Virus record (IMG/VR): IMGVR_UViG_3300045125_000165
Reading direction: 5' to 3' (one strand)
From: a virus
DNA length: 64,000 nt
The notes beneath the pieces are model-generated. The model saw only the letters and a list, made by a program, of their open reading frames with translations, did no database searches and was not told where the DNA came from. The position numbers and the translations under genes are program-made. Each line of letters starts with the position of its first letter. Within the stretch, counting starts at the first letter, position 1. Below, in pieces: positions 10,967 to 21,832 of this stretch.

Positions 10967-11185
10967 ATGGGAATTGGTTACACCATCAAACCCAATCTAA
11001 AAATTACGTCTTGGTGTGGAGATTTCATGCTGATTAGCTATGACGCAACCATTGGCAACGCTAAAAGGCTTGCTGAAAGATGGAACACTGAAGAAGATAC
11101 ACCTATAGGTAGAATCATTACCCATCAAACCGACGAGAATGGTAATGCTTATAAAATCAGCGATCGCCAGTTCACTTTATTTTAA
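10967..11185 (+). CDS. hypothetical protein (probably the 3' part of a frameshifted gene)
   Basis: ORF in the rightward operon. Confidence 0.4.
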   Translation: MGIGYTIKPNLKITSWCGDFMLISYDATIGNAKRLAERWNTEEDTPIGRIITHQTDENGNAYKISDRQFTLF

Positions 11186-11555
11186 AAAATCCTGAATATT
11201 CTTTTTAGCTTCGGCGAATGTATATCCAATATATTCGCCGTTTTCTTCGTATGAAGCGAGGCGTATCAGGGAAAACATACCAACCTTTGCGCGGAATATA
11301 TCGTGCTTCCCAATTATAGTGAATTGGCTTTTTTATTTGATTTATTAGCTCGTTTAATTTTTGCGTTTGAGTCAACATCTAATCCTCAACATCAATAACA
11401 TCAGTGTCCACCGATCGCATGGCATTGTTAGCTCTAGCTTCAGGCAAGGATGCGATCGCATTCTGCAACTGGGAAACCAGAATCGACAACCAATTGTTTC
11501 AAAACATTTACCCCTAAAGTTGTTGTGCGCTCCTCTTGCATTGATAAAACTTGGA

Positions 11556-12169
11556 CTAAAAGCCTTTCAGTAAACCTAACTGCGAGTCCATCTGTGTTAA
11601 TCGTTCGGCTCTCTCGATGAGTGAGGTTGCTTGACTTACTAAACTTCCCCAACTGCGATCGTCATATCCCATCAACTTTAATCGCAGTTTCATTAAGTAC
11701 TCTTCATCGATCTCTCCCTCCTCAACCATAATCTTGCACATATCAAGAACCTTCCTGTCATTGAGAAACCAAGCTTGTCTAGTGCCATTTTGTGCTGATG
11801 TGTAATTATCCAAAATGCAAGCGTAAAACGCGCTTGCCATTTGACTAACGAGGTCATAGGGGTCAGCATTGCGGACGGTTTCATAGGTGATTTTGGTCTT
11901 ACCAACTAATCTTTCACCAAAGAGGTCTACCTTAAGTTTTCTCCCTCCATTGGTTCTAGGCTGACCATTAGCGGCGATCGCGCCCTGCCTGACCCTTTCT
12001 TTTGCCTCTGGTGTTTTTGCGCCCGTATTATTCCCCCGTGAAGGCGGCAAACCCCAACCCCGACGTGATTTGTGCCATGCCCTTTTACTTGAGTGCAGGG
12101 AGTCCCATCTTTCTTTCTAGCGCCACAATGCTTTTCTGGGTCGTACTCGACTTTTGTTCCTTTAATCAC
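11556..12169 (-). CDS. HGGxSTG-domain protein, probable terminase small subunit (frameshifted)
   Basis: CGARKKDGTPC...GVCRLHGG then NNTGAKTPE in the next frame. Confidence 0.6.
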
Positions 12170-12178
12170 AAGATCTCA

Positions 12179-12380
12179 CGCTGAAATGACGCTGAAACAC
12201 GCTAAAAAACCTATACATAGAAGGGATTCTAACCTATTGCGCGTGACGCTGAACACGCTAAATAACGCTGAAACCCTTATTTTAACGTGACGGTCATGAT
12301 TACAACTACGTCAAACCCTTGCTACGCTTGGCTTTTTTAGCGTGTTTTAGCGTGTTGATTTTGTTGATTTTGTTGATTTT
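12179..12380. repeat. cluster of short direct and inverted repeats upstream of putative terS
   Basis: ACGCTGAA x4, ACACGCTAA x2 plus the inverted TTAGCGTGT x2, TGTTGATTT x3. Confidence 0.7.
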
Positions 12381-12730
12381 AGGTGTGGCGATCGCACTCA
12401 TCTACATTTTTTGTAACTGGTAACACGCGATCGCCTCAACTGTATCGCGTTACAACGTCCCAAAATGCCCCCATGTTGTCCCTAGGGATATTTAATTTGT
12501 CCTTTGGGACATGGGGAGGCGATCGCTTTATAATTATTAGCGAATTGTGAGGCGATATCGCATGATTATCTGGGAACCAGAAGGAAATTATAGAAATTTG
12601 CTTCGCACATTTTGCACTATGCGCGATCGCGGTTTGCTTAATATTCAGTCTGTTGATTATCCAATAACAACTTACGAATTAGAAATTAAGTCGCGATCGC
12701 CTTACGTTTGTAAATGCTTTCAGGATTCAT

Positions 12731-13060
12731 TCAATCAACATCCAGTAAGTCTAAAATTTTCCCTGCGGAATCATGGGTACAATCAGTCAAAAATTCGACT
12801 ATCCCATCGGTCACAAATGAATGGCAGACAATCACTCCTTTGCTAGTCTCAGTACGAGTCAAGATGCTAGGCTTCAAAGTTGGCTTGTTAACATCGCCGT
12901 TCCAAGTCCAACACGGTGTACCTTTACGATCGCCTTTAGTAATTACAGGAATAATGCGATCGCTGATAGGACATGGCATACACAGCCGAATATGAGTGAC
13001 CTCATCTACTGAGCATGGGTGGTAAGTGCCATCAATTAGTTTTAGCGGTGCTGCTTTCAT
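12731..13060 (-). CDS. DUF6527-like protein
   Basis: WTWNGDVNKPTLKPSIL...CHSFVTDG..FLTDCTH. Confidence 0.7.
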   Translation of the reverse strand: MKAAPLKLIDGTYHPCSVDEVTHIRLCMPCPISDRIIPVITKGDRKGTPCWTWNGDVNKPTLKPSILTRTETSKGVIVCHSFVTDGIVEFLTDCTHDSAGKILDLLDVD

Positions 13061-13268
13061 AATTAATAAGGCGATCGCCTGTCTTTGTTGAAGAGAAGCA
13101 GATAGGCGATCGCGAAAGTGTAAATCATAAATCGAGCTTCTCCGCTTAAGTTTAACTTATTTACTGCTTACGGTAATTAGTAATGAGTGACAGGCGATCG
13201 CCCCAACAATCCCCACAAAAAATTCCCAGTCTCGAATTACCGAAACTGGGAATTTTTGATCTATACTA

Positions 13269-14288
13269 GTGTCACCGCTAATCAGAATTGAAATTGAGCC
13301 TTCAAGACTGATCTACTTGAAAAAGGGCGGAAATCCAACTGTCCTAAGCAGTCGAATGACACAAGTTTACCATAACTACACACAAATTTATACAGCGTTT
13401 TGCCAAAGTGAGAAATTACCTCACCTTGTAAAAGTGCTGTATTTGTTTTTGCGTTCATATGATAGGCAGTCATTCGTAGCAAAGGGCAAGAAGGGAGAGA
13501 AGGGCAAAGGTTCAGGAAAAGTAGTTTTAGACATACCAACGATCGCAGCCACTTTAAAACGCTCAGAAGCAACCATTAAAAAGAATTTACGCTTAGCACT
13601 GAAGTTAGGTGTTATCTGGATGCTTGAGATTAAAGGTAAATGCGTTCGCCTTGTTTATAACTCTTTCACCAAACTTTGCGCTCAGCTTGGGATCTCTAAT
13701 TTAGGTGCAATCCACGAAGAAAAGGCTACAAACCTTCATAACGTGCGATCACTTAATATCAGAGCAACCGTGGCTCAAAAACAACGCAATGCTCAACAAG
13801 GGGCAATTCGTAATACCAAGGAGGAGAATGAATTAAATAAAGGAAAAAATTAGCCAGACGGGTAGTAAAACCTAACAAACTTTTTAAAACTGCATCAATC
13901 CTAAGCGATCGCAATCTCCCAAAAGAAAAAAGAGAAAGCATCAGGTGTCAAAGCTTTTAGAAAGGTTCTTGGCAGTAGATTTTTACTGGTAAACCGTCAA
14001 TTTGTTCCCTATGGCGTTTCTCAAGAAACTATAGGTAAATTGGTTAATCGGACACCTCAAACAGTTCGGAAGCACCTTAAAGCAATTAATGGGCTACCAG
14101 AAGTTGAGTCATATCAGATTTGCTATCCATCCAATGACGCAATAAAAACCTCTCAATTTTGGCTTGACCATAATTTAGGGAAAAGCACTATATGCGTTTT
14201 AAAGGCGATCGCGAACTATATCAAGCCCACACCAATATCTATAACCTTGAAGATGACGCTAAAAATCTACTTGGCTGTGTTCGCTTAA
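13269..14288 (+). CDS. HTH-containing protein, possible replication initiator (frameshifted)
   Basis: IPTIAATLKRSEATIKKNL HTH and a second HTH-like segment near 14020-14090; directly upstream of the helicase. Confidence 0.4.
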
Positions 14289-14481
14289 GAAGAAGAGTAA
14301 GCAGGGCTGCCAGAAAACACCAGCTTAGCTCCCCTAGGGTGTGCAAGCTTAAGTAGATGCTACTTTTTGTCCCTCAAATAAGATCGCCGAAACACGCGAT
14401 CGCTTTGCCATGTCTTTCCACTTACCGAAACTAGCAAAATAAGCTATAATTAGCTCTAGGACTAAACAGCAGCAAAATAAA

Positions 14482-16813
14482 GTGCAACAAACCAAACTAG
14501 AACTAAGAGAATATCAAAAAGCCGCCATCCGAGAAATATACTCGCGATGGAAAGAAGGGCATAAGCGGGTAATGTTTCAACTACCAACAGGCGGCGGTAA
14601 GACATTTTTATTTAGCGCGATCGCCAAAGACTTATTGCAAGAACGAATCCTAGTATTAGTCCACAGAGAAGAATTAATCTATCAAGCCCAAGAATCGCTT
14701 GAGACGGCTTGCGGTGTGAGAGTAGGCATAATTAAAGCTGGGGTAGCTCCTGAGCCTCTATGCATGATTCAAGTTGCATCGGTGCAGACACTGGTTAGGC
14801 GATCGCTTCCTCCTGCGGGTTTGGTGATTGTAGATGAATGTTTCCCTGCGGGTACTTTGGTTGATGGGAAACCAATCGAGTCTTATCAAGTTGGCGACTA
14901 TGTGACCTCCTTTGATGAGAACACAGGGGCGATCGCAAAGAAGCGTGTAACCAGACTTTTTAAAAATCCACTAAAAGAACTTGTGAAAGTAGTTTTGTCG
15001 AATGGCGATGAAATTATTTGCACGCCTTCACATCCAATCTTTACTCCTGACGGGTGGAAACCTGCGATGGAGTTAGATCGCTTCGACATGATGTTGTTAA
15101 CTAATCAGGAGAAATCAAATGAAAACCAAAACAGCAACGTGCAAATTTTGCGAGAAAGAATTTGTTCAAGCGATCTACATCGGCAAAAATGGGAGGCAAC
15201 AAATAAGCAACAGGAAGACTTGCAGTACAGAATGCAATCGAGCGATCGCTTCATTAACTGCCGCCAATACGAATCGCAAGTACGCTTCGGAGCGAATGAC
15301 AGTAAACAACCCTATGCAAAAAGCCGAGTCTCGAAACAAGATGAAAGCGTCTCTAAAAGAGATGGGACACAAGCCACCGTCTCAAGGGGGCAATGGCAAG
15401 GGCTTGACAGTTCCGCAGTCGAATCTACTCCATGCTTTAGGGGATGGATGGATCGCGGAATACATTGTCAAGACAAGAGAGACAAATATTCATGGACTGG
15501 AAAAGCTACCCAATCATTACAAAATAGACATTGCAAATCCATCACTGATGATTGCAATAGAAGTAGATGGAGCCAGTCACCAGACACTAGAAAGGCAAGC
15601 TCAGGACAGGAAAAAAGAAACCTTTTTGACTGGATCGGGGTGGAAAGTGTTGAGGTTTACCAACCAAGAAGTACTGAACAATCTGGGTATGTGCCTCCAG
15701 AAAGTTATGTCTATAACCTAGAAGTCGAAGATTGGCACACCTATTTAGTTGATGGCGATCGCGGATCTTATGTAGTTCACAATTGCCATCATGCGACAGC
15801 CGATTCTTATCGCAAGATACTAGACGGCTACCCCGAAGCTTATGTCTTGGGCGTAACCGCTACTCCATGTAGAACGGATGGATCGGGCTTTGATGATTTA
15901 TTTGATGCCTTAGTAAGTGTAATTGGGGTCAAAGACCTCATCGCTCAAGGCAGTCTATGTAAGTACAAACTGTTTGCAGATCCAAACCCAATCAAAACCA
16001 AGGGAATTAAAACGACTGCGGGTGACTACAACCAAAAGGAACTTGCCCAAAGCGTCAATACCAGTATTCTGTCTGCGAACTTAGTCCAGACCTATCGCGA
16101 TCGCTGCCCTGATAAGCGCTGTGTCGTATTCGCGATCAATGTTGAGCATAGTATGGCGATCGCAGAACGCTACAAACAAGCAGGGATACCAGCAGAACAT
16201 TTGGATGGGGAAACACCATCAGGCGATCGCGAAGGCAATATTAGAAAGATTTAGAACTGGCGAAACATTGGTTATAAGCAATGTCGGAATCCTGACCGAA
16301 GGATTTAATCTGCCAAGTATTGAAGCGGTGCAATGCGCCCGACCAACAAAATCATTGAGCCTATGGTTACAGATGGTCGGGCGTGGCTTACGTCCATCGG
16401 CAGGGAAGGAATATGCCTTAATTCTTGATCACACTGAGAACTGGATGAAGCTTGGTATGCCCTGTGCTAAGCATATTTGGACTTTAGAGGGTGTTGAACC
16501 TGAAGAGAAAAAGCCTAGATTCCGCAAAACCAAAGATAACGAGGTTGTTGAGGATGGTTTCTTTGAGATCGAGGAGGGTGATGCCGAACTGGAAGAAATT
16601 GGAGAAGATGATGTCAAGGCGATCGCTATCCAATTAGAAATAGAACAGTTCAATAAGCTGCTGGAAATTGCTGAGCATCGGCAATATAAAAAGGCGTGGG
16701 CAGTCTATAAATTTCTTGAGATTGAACCAAGCTATGAGGCGTTGCTGGTCTGTGCTGGCATCATGGGGTATAAACCTCAGTGGGCTGCCATGAAGTATAA
16801 GGAATATGCTTAG
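14482..16813 (+). CDS. superfamily II DNA helicase (DExH), intein-containing (one frameshift near 16240)
   Basis: Walker A LPTGGGKT; DE|CHH rejoined after splicing; TAT; EGFNLP; QMVGRGLR. Confidence 0.93.
14839..15783 (+). mobile_element. intein (315 aa) in the helicase DExH motif
   Basis: Starts CFPAGT, block B CTPSHP, block F VYNLEVEDWHTYLV, ends VVHN before Cys+1. Confidence 0.95.
15119..15721 (+). CDS. DUF559/Vsr-like endonuclease nested in the +1 frame of the intein
   Basis: AGGAG RBS, CKFC/CSTEC zinc motif, YKIDIA..IAIEVDGASH..DRKKETFL..GWKVLRFTN. Confidence 0.9.
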   Translation: MKTKTATCKFCEKEFVQAIYIGKNGRQQISNRKTCSTECNRAIASLTAANTNRKYASERMTVNNPMQKAESRNKMKASLKEMGHKPPSQGGNGKGLTVPQSNLLHALGDGWIAEYIVKTRETNIHGLEKLPNHYKIDIANPSLMIAIEVDGASHQTLERQAQDRKKETFLTGSGWKVLRFTNQEVLNNLGMCLQKVMSIT

Positions 16814-16877
16814 GCGATCGCCTCTTCGAGATCGCCTAAATGACTCATCAATCAACAATATTGCCAAAGAGAAAAAC

Positions 16878-17141
16878 ATGAGTGCAGATATATTTAACGT
16901 AAATTTTGATCAGGAAATACATTGCGATTATTGCCAAGAAGTTACTCATTTTCACTTTGCCGATGAATGTCCTGTGTGCCACGTAAAACACGCAGGGACA
17001 GATCAATACTGCTCTGTTCATGACTGTATAAGCGATGGCGGTGTTTTTGAATGCCAATCATGTGAAACTAAATTTAAAATTTTGCAGTACGACTACTGCG
17101 ATGATCCAGAGGCAAGGATTGAAATTGTGAATGCGAGTTAA
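16878..17141 (+). CDS. small zinc-binding protein
   Basis: CDYC, CPVC and CQSC motifs. Confidence 0.6.
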   Translation: MSADIFNVNFDQEIHCDYCQEVTHFHFADECPVCHVKHAGTDQYCSVHDCISDGGVFECQSCETKFKILQYDYCDDPEARIEIVNAS

Positions 17142-17604
17142 CGCGATCGCCTATATCGACTCTCTCCAAATGGCTTGCTAATACTTTGCCATGTTTACCA
17201 ATTACCGAAAGTGGCGATCGCCTACCTGCTGATTGCATGAGGTCGTGTGCGGCGATCACGTTACCAATTTCTGAAATTAATAAACAAGGTGTTTTACCAT
17301 ATTGACTTATTTTTACTTCTATTGGTAATATAGGGAAAGGGTTAATTAGAGATTCGTTTGAAAGACTAATCAATTAGAGTAAAAAATGAATTACGAAGAC
17401 AGGAATAGCAATAATAAACGCTTGTGTGAAGTGTTCGTTAATGGCGTGTGGGAAAGTTTTGATGGACATGGGGTTGATACAGACAGTAGTCGCGAGTGGT
17501 ATAGCAAAAACTTTGTTCCATTCGCTCAAGGTTCTTTCCCCTGAGATATAACGGAGTGGTTAATTCGCCATCAGCCGAAAACTCGATTTTTTATAAAAGA
17601 CGCG

Positions 17605-17926
17605 ATGCCAGCACCTAACAAGAAAAACCCAGTTTGCCCGATCTGTGGCAAACTGTCGCGCCACAAGCGAACAAACAAAAACGGTCAAGAGATCTATGAT
17701 TGTACCTGTGGATGGTCTAACAGTTCTAAGCGATCGCCAGCGATCGCTGCTTAAGCGCAAAGAAATCAACGCGATCGCTATCTATGCCGCTATTCAGTAT
17801 TACCAACAAGAAACTTATCGAGGTTCGTTTGTTGATATATCTAAGGCGATCGGCGGCGAAAGATGGCTTTATAGCTGCGATCAACTTGTTAAAGATTTGA
17901 AGAAAATTATTGAGGATGGGAAGTGA
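17605..17926 (+). CDS. zinc-ribbon hypothetical protein (frameshifted)
   Basis: MPAPNKKNPVCPICG...CTC joins ORF 17645-17926. Confidence 0.4.
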
Positions 17927-18007
17927 TGCTAACAAATATTGGAAAAGCCGATCTAGAACGATACTTTAAAAATCGATGGCTTCGTGAAACCATGACGGAA
18001 GTTTTTA

Positions 18008-18343
18008 ATGCTGAGAGTGAGTCACAAAGGCAGAGAAAAGCGTTGCTATTTGTCGAAATTTGGAGTAATCAGCGAGTGGTGCAGATTAATGCCTAACCCC
18101 CTATCCCTCGCAGACCTAAAACGGATCGCGATCGCCAAGCATGGCGAAAACAGAGCGTGGTCACTGGCAATGCTGAATGGTAATCCCAATCATAAGAAAT
18201 CATGGCAAGAGGCGATCGCGCATCCAGTACAGACAGTCGAAGAAAAGCTAGATCATCAAATTTGGCAGGAGCAGGTTAAAGCCGATTTCAAAGCCAAGTG
18301 GGAGAACGGATTGAGACAACAATTTGAGGAAGGAAAACAATGA
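18008..18343 (+). CDS. hypothetical protein
   Basis: ORF coupled to the next gene by an ATGA overlap; start uncertain. Confidence 0.45.
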   Translation: MLRVSHKGREKRCYLSKFGVISEWCRLMPNPLSLADLKRIAIAKHGENRAWSLAMLNGNPNHKKSWQEAIAHPVQTVEEKLDHQIWQEQVKADFKAKWENGLRQQFEEGKQ

Positions 18344-18525
18344 CCAAACAAGAATTTGACGACAAGAACGAACAGCTAGAAGGCGAACTAGAAGAGGCTA
18401 GGGATTTACTGAGACAAGCCGAGGAAGACGGTAACAGGCGAATGATTAATCAAGCGCAAAACGAAATCTCACGGATTGTCAGGAAGATGAGCAACCTTAA
18501 AAGTAATTGGAACTTAGAACAATGA
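18340..18525 (+). CDS. small coiled-coil protein
   Basis: Overlapping start and stop codons on both sides. Confidence 0.6.
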   Translation: MTKQEFDDKNEQLEGELEEARDLLRQAEEDGNRRMINQAQNEISRIVRKMSNLKSNWNLEQ

Positions 18526-19273
18526 GTAAAATCGAATGGACAGACGAAACCGATAACCCTATCACCGTCAAAGGCGGCGGTCATTGGTGTCGCAAAATCT
18601 CGGAAGGCTGTGCTAATTGCTACGCCGAAGCGATAAACACTGGAAATCGCTTTGACTTCGCCAGTGGCTTGACTTACACAGGTAAAACACCAGAACTAGA
18701 ACTAAACTACAAAATGCTTGAAGGATGGGCGCGTAAGCGTGTTCCTAAGCGGCGCTTTGTTTGTTCGATGACTGATTGGTGCGGGAGTGGATACCTAGAG
18801 AGTGGCAATATGAAATGCTGCAAGCAATGAATCGCGCCGACAACCAAACGTTTATGTTGTTGACTAAGCGTGCAGATATTCTGATGGAAGTTTTGGATAC
18901 TTGGCTAAGAGGGACACGATATGCACCTCAAAATATTTGGCTTGGCGTATCTGTTGAGAATCAATCCACAGCTAATACTAGGCTCCCATATTTAGCAGAG
19001 ATTGGAGATAGACTAAAAGTCTATACTTTTGTCAGCTTTGAGCCACTGCTAGAACCTGTCTTGCTTGGTGATTACGCCAAATATATTGACCTTGCCATTG
19101 TTGGCGCTGAATCTGGTAAAGGTGCTAGACCGATGGATGAAGATTGGGTGCGATCGCTTCGTGATGAAGTCAAAGCTGCAAACAAGTCTTTCTTCTATAA
19201 GCAAAACGTTGTCAATGGTCGCAAGGTTTCTTTGCCTGAATTAGATGGGAAAGTGTGGAGTGAATTACCATGA
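18522..19273 (+). CDS. phage Gp37/Gp68 (DUF5131) radical-SAM-like protein (frameshifted)
   Basis: SKIEWTD, CRKISEGCANCYA, FVCSMTD, LLTKR, WLGVSVENQ, VSFEPLL, GAESG. Confidence 0.9.
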
Positions 19274-19599
19274 TCAATAACGACTGGCTATCCAATCTAA
19301 AAGCAGGCGATCGCGTATATATCAATCGCGGATCAAGCATTGGTTATAACCTCACCCCTGCGATCGTTGAGCGTACAACAAAGACAACGATCATTGTCAA
19401 TGACTCAAAATACCGCAAAAGTGACGGTGTAAAGCAAGGTAACTGGGATTATTTTACGCCGCAGTTATGCGAAGCAACTGAAGCGATAGACGCAAAATAT
19501 AGGGAGTATCAGTTGCGGAGAGATCTTGAGAAGGTTAACTTTAGCAAGTTGCGGATTGATCAGGTTGAGAGAATATTGGCGATCGTGAAAGAGGTATAA
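19270..19599 (+). CDS. hypothetical phage protein
   Basis: Coupled ORF, LKAGDRVYI...VERTTKT. Confidence 0.7.
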   Translation: MINNDWLSNLKAGDRVYINRGSSIGYNLTPAIVERTTKTTIIVNDSKYRKSDGVKQGNWDYFTPQLCEATEAIDAKYREYQLRRDLEKVNFSKLRIDQVERILAIVKEV

Positions 19600-19602
19600 C
19601 AA

Positions 19603-19965
19603 ATGACACAACTAGCGCTAATCCATCATCACGGCGACGACTATCCCTATTGGGATGACACTAAATACCTTGATGGCGAAATCATTGATTCCGATGAAAG
19701 TCACGCAACGCTTGAAGACCTTGTTAAATACTGCGATCACGATGCCGAAAGCTGTAACGCCCATGACTTTTGCGGCGCTCACAGATTGCTTGGCAGAGTG
19801 CTTTACGACCATGTTGGTAGAGCGAAAGCGACTGAGATCATGTTAGCGATCGCCAAAATGGAAGGATTGCAAGGCATGACAGGTGTAGAAAAAGATTTCG
19901 ACCATTATCAAACATTAAACGTAGGAATTGCAGGGCATGATTGGGATGAAAACTATGACGATTAA
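19603..19965 (+). CDS. hypothetical protein
   Basis: Acidic 120-aa ORF in the operon. Confidence 0.65.
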   Translation: MTQLALIHHHGDDYPYWDDTKYLDGEIIDSDESHATLEDLVKYCDHDAESCNAHDFCGAHRLLGRVLYDHVGRAKATEIMLAIAKMEGLQGMTGVEKDFDHYQTLNVGIAGHDWDENYDD

Positions 19966-20677
19966 ATCACCACCCATAGGCTTTACCGAGCCTAACTTTT
20001 GCGCGGTACTGCAAGGTACTAAAACAGAAACGCGCCGTCTTCTAACTTTAAAAGGTAGAACTCAGGAAGAAGTCAATGGCTTGACATCGTTTTGTCAGGA
20101 CGGTGATGGTAATTGGATTGGGCATTTCGGGAATACGTTTGGCGATTTGGCAGAGCTAGCTAAATTCACAAAAGCGGCTTATCCAAAGGGATCTAATAAA
20201 GGTATTAAGCCTAAATATAACGTAGGCGATCGCTGTTACCTTACAGAGCCAACACGGATTGACACAATATTTGCTCACGTTGCAGAAATTGATCATCGTT
20301 GGTATAAAGCTGAGAAAGTTGGTCACAAAATTACTGAGAATGACTTGGCGAAGATCAAGTCACGGAAAGGAGGAATGTACAAAGAAACTATTGCACGATT
20401 CATGCTCAAAAATTTTGCTCGATACCATGTTGAAATTACCAACGTGCGGATTGAGCGATTGATGGATATTACCGAAGAGTCTGCGATCGCGGAAGGGATT
20501 AAAACTCGTACTCTAGATGGAGTCACAACTTATTGGGATTACCTAGAGAATAGATTTGCTTTTACTTGTCCTAAGCGATCGTATATCTCAGAGATTGAGA
20601 TGCTGCATGGCAAGGCGATCGCGCAGTCAAACCCTTGGCTATGGGTCTACAAATTTAAACTGATTGGAGAAAACTGA
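19955..20677 (+). CDS. ASCH/PUA-like phage protein
   Basis: KTETRRL, EITNVRIERLMDITEESAIAEGI, NPWLWVYKF. Confidence 0.75.
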   Translation: MTIKSPPIGFTEPNFCAVLQGTKTETRRLLTLKGRTQEEVNGLTSFCQDGDGNWIGHFGNTFGDLAELAKFTKAAYPKGSNKGIKPKYNVGDRCYLTEPTRIDTIFAHVAEIDHRWYKAEKVGHKITENDLAKIKSRKGGMYKETIARFMLKNFARYHVEITNVRIERLMDITEESAIAEGIKTRTLDGVTTYWDYLENRFAFTCPKRSYISEIEMLHGKAIAQSNPWLWVYKFKLIGEN

Positions 20678-20953
20678 TGCTAGACGGTAAATTAGTTCGC
20701 ACTATTTCCGACATTTCAACCTGTGAAGGAAATGTCGAAGAGATTATCATTGATGCTGGTACTGAGTTTGTTTGGGATGACTCAACAATTGATCAAAACG
20801 TTGACGGAATATTGGTTTTCGTTGATCGCGATGAAGTGGAATTGGTTGAGGAATAATGAAAGTATCCCTCGAATATCTCTATCACTATCTATGCGATCGC
20901 TGCCAGAAGTGGTGGACATGCGCCGATATCAAGCCAGCGATCGGTAAGGAAGT

Positions 20954-21299
20954 ATGAAAATACCCAAAGCCAATTTCTACCCGATCAGAGTTTGTACTTA
21001 AAAGAGTATTAGAACGTCATGGATTTAAAGTCGCGCATAATGAAAAATTGCATGGCTACTATCCAGACCTGCGAATTGTCGGAACAAACATCTTGTTGGA
21101 AATCGATGGGGCAGTTCACCGTATCCCAGAGGTGCATGAGAGGGACAAACAACGCTCTAAGCATCTTAGGAAGCATGGCTATAAGATAATGAGATTCACT
21201 AATTATCAGGTGGCAAAAGACTGTAACAAAATTGTCGCTAAAGTATGCGATGAGATATTGAAGCAACAGCAGAAACGGAAGAAGAATATGATAAATTAA
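20954..21299 (+). CDS. free-standing DUF559 endonuclease (frameshifted at the 5' end)
   Basis: YYPDL..LLEIDGAVH..RDKQRSKHLRKHGYKIMRFTN. Confidence 0.75.
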
Positions 21300-21623
21300 A
21301 TATGCGATCGCCCAAGTCGTAGTCAAGGGCTAAAGGTACGAGGTTATTGATTTTTGATTGCTTATGGACTGCTTGCTACAGCGACGGTAATCTAAGTCAG
21401 TACAAACCTAATATTCAACTATTAGTAATCGCCAACGGGTTAGCTGTCCCGAAAACCTTTACTTGGGCGATCGCACCCCAATCAATCGCAGAAATGCACA
21501 CTTTAAGCCCTGCGGTGACAAATCCTAGATATGGTGCTAGGGATTGATTGAATCGCGATCGCCGAAACAGAGCAGGATAAGTCACCTGCATAATAATCCC
21601 CTTCTGCACTAAGCGATCGCACA

Positions 21624-21753
21624 TCAAGAGTGGCGAAAAAGCAGACGCTACGCGGGAAATCCCACCAGTAGAGACTAGACCTGTAAGCGAAGCAGTGGAC
21701 GGGTTTTGTTCTGGAAAATTAGACTCATGCAGGTTCGTATCCTGCCTCTTGAT
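21624..21753 (+). ncRNA. 130-nt tRNA-like RNA with the anticodon region replaced by an ~80-nt insert
   Basis: Acceptor TCAAGAG/CTCTTGA, U8-G9, D stem GCG/CGC, T arm GCAGG-TTCGTAT-CCTGC. Confidence 0.7.
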
Positions 21754-21832
21754 ACAATTCGCGATCGCCCTAAGCCTGAGATACACGCCCCGCGTATATT
21801 GTCGATGGCAGTGGACAAGCGATCGCGCCCAT

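Noticed and set aside
15119-15721. In-frame intein linker as a new protein domain
   Set aside because: Its composition is best explained as the shadow of the +1-frame nuclease gene; the same holds for the TerL intein middle.
21624-21753. tmRNA, Y RNA (YrlA) or group I intron-containing tRNA
   Set aside because: It has a true D stem and lacks G3.U70 and a tag ORF (not tmRNA). Its ends are at the acceptor stem (not Y RNA). The insert is too short and lacks group I core elements.
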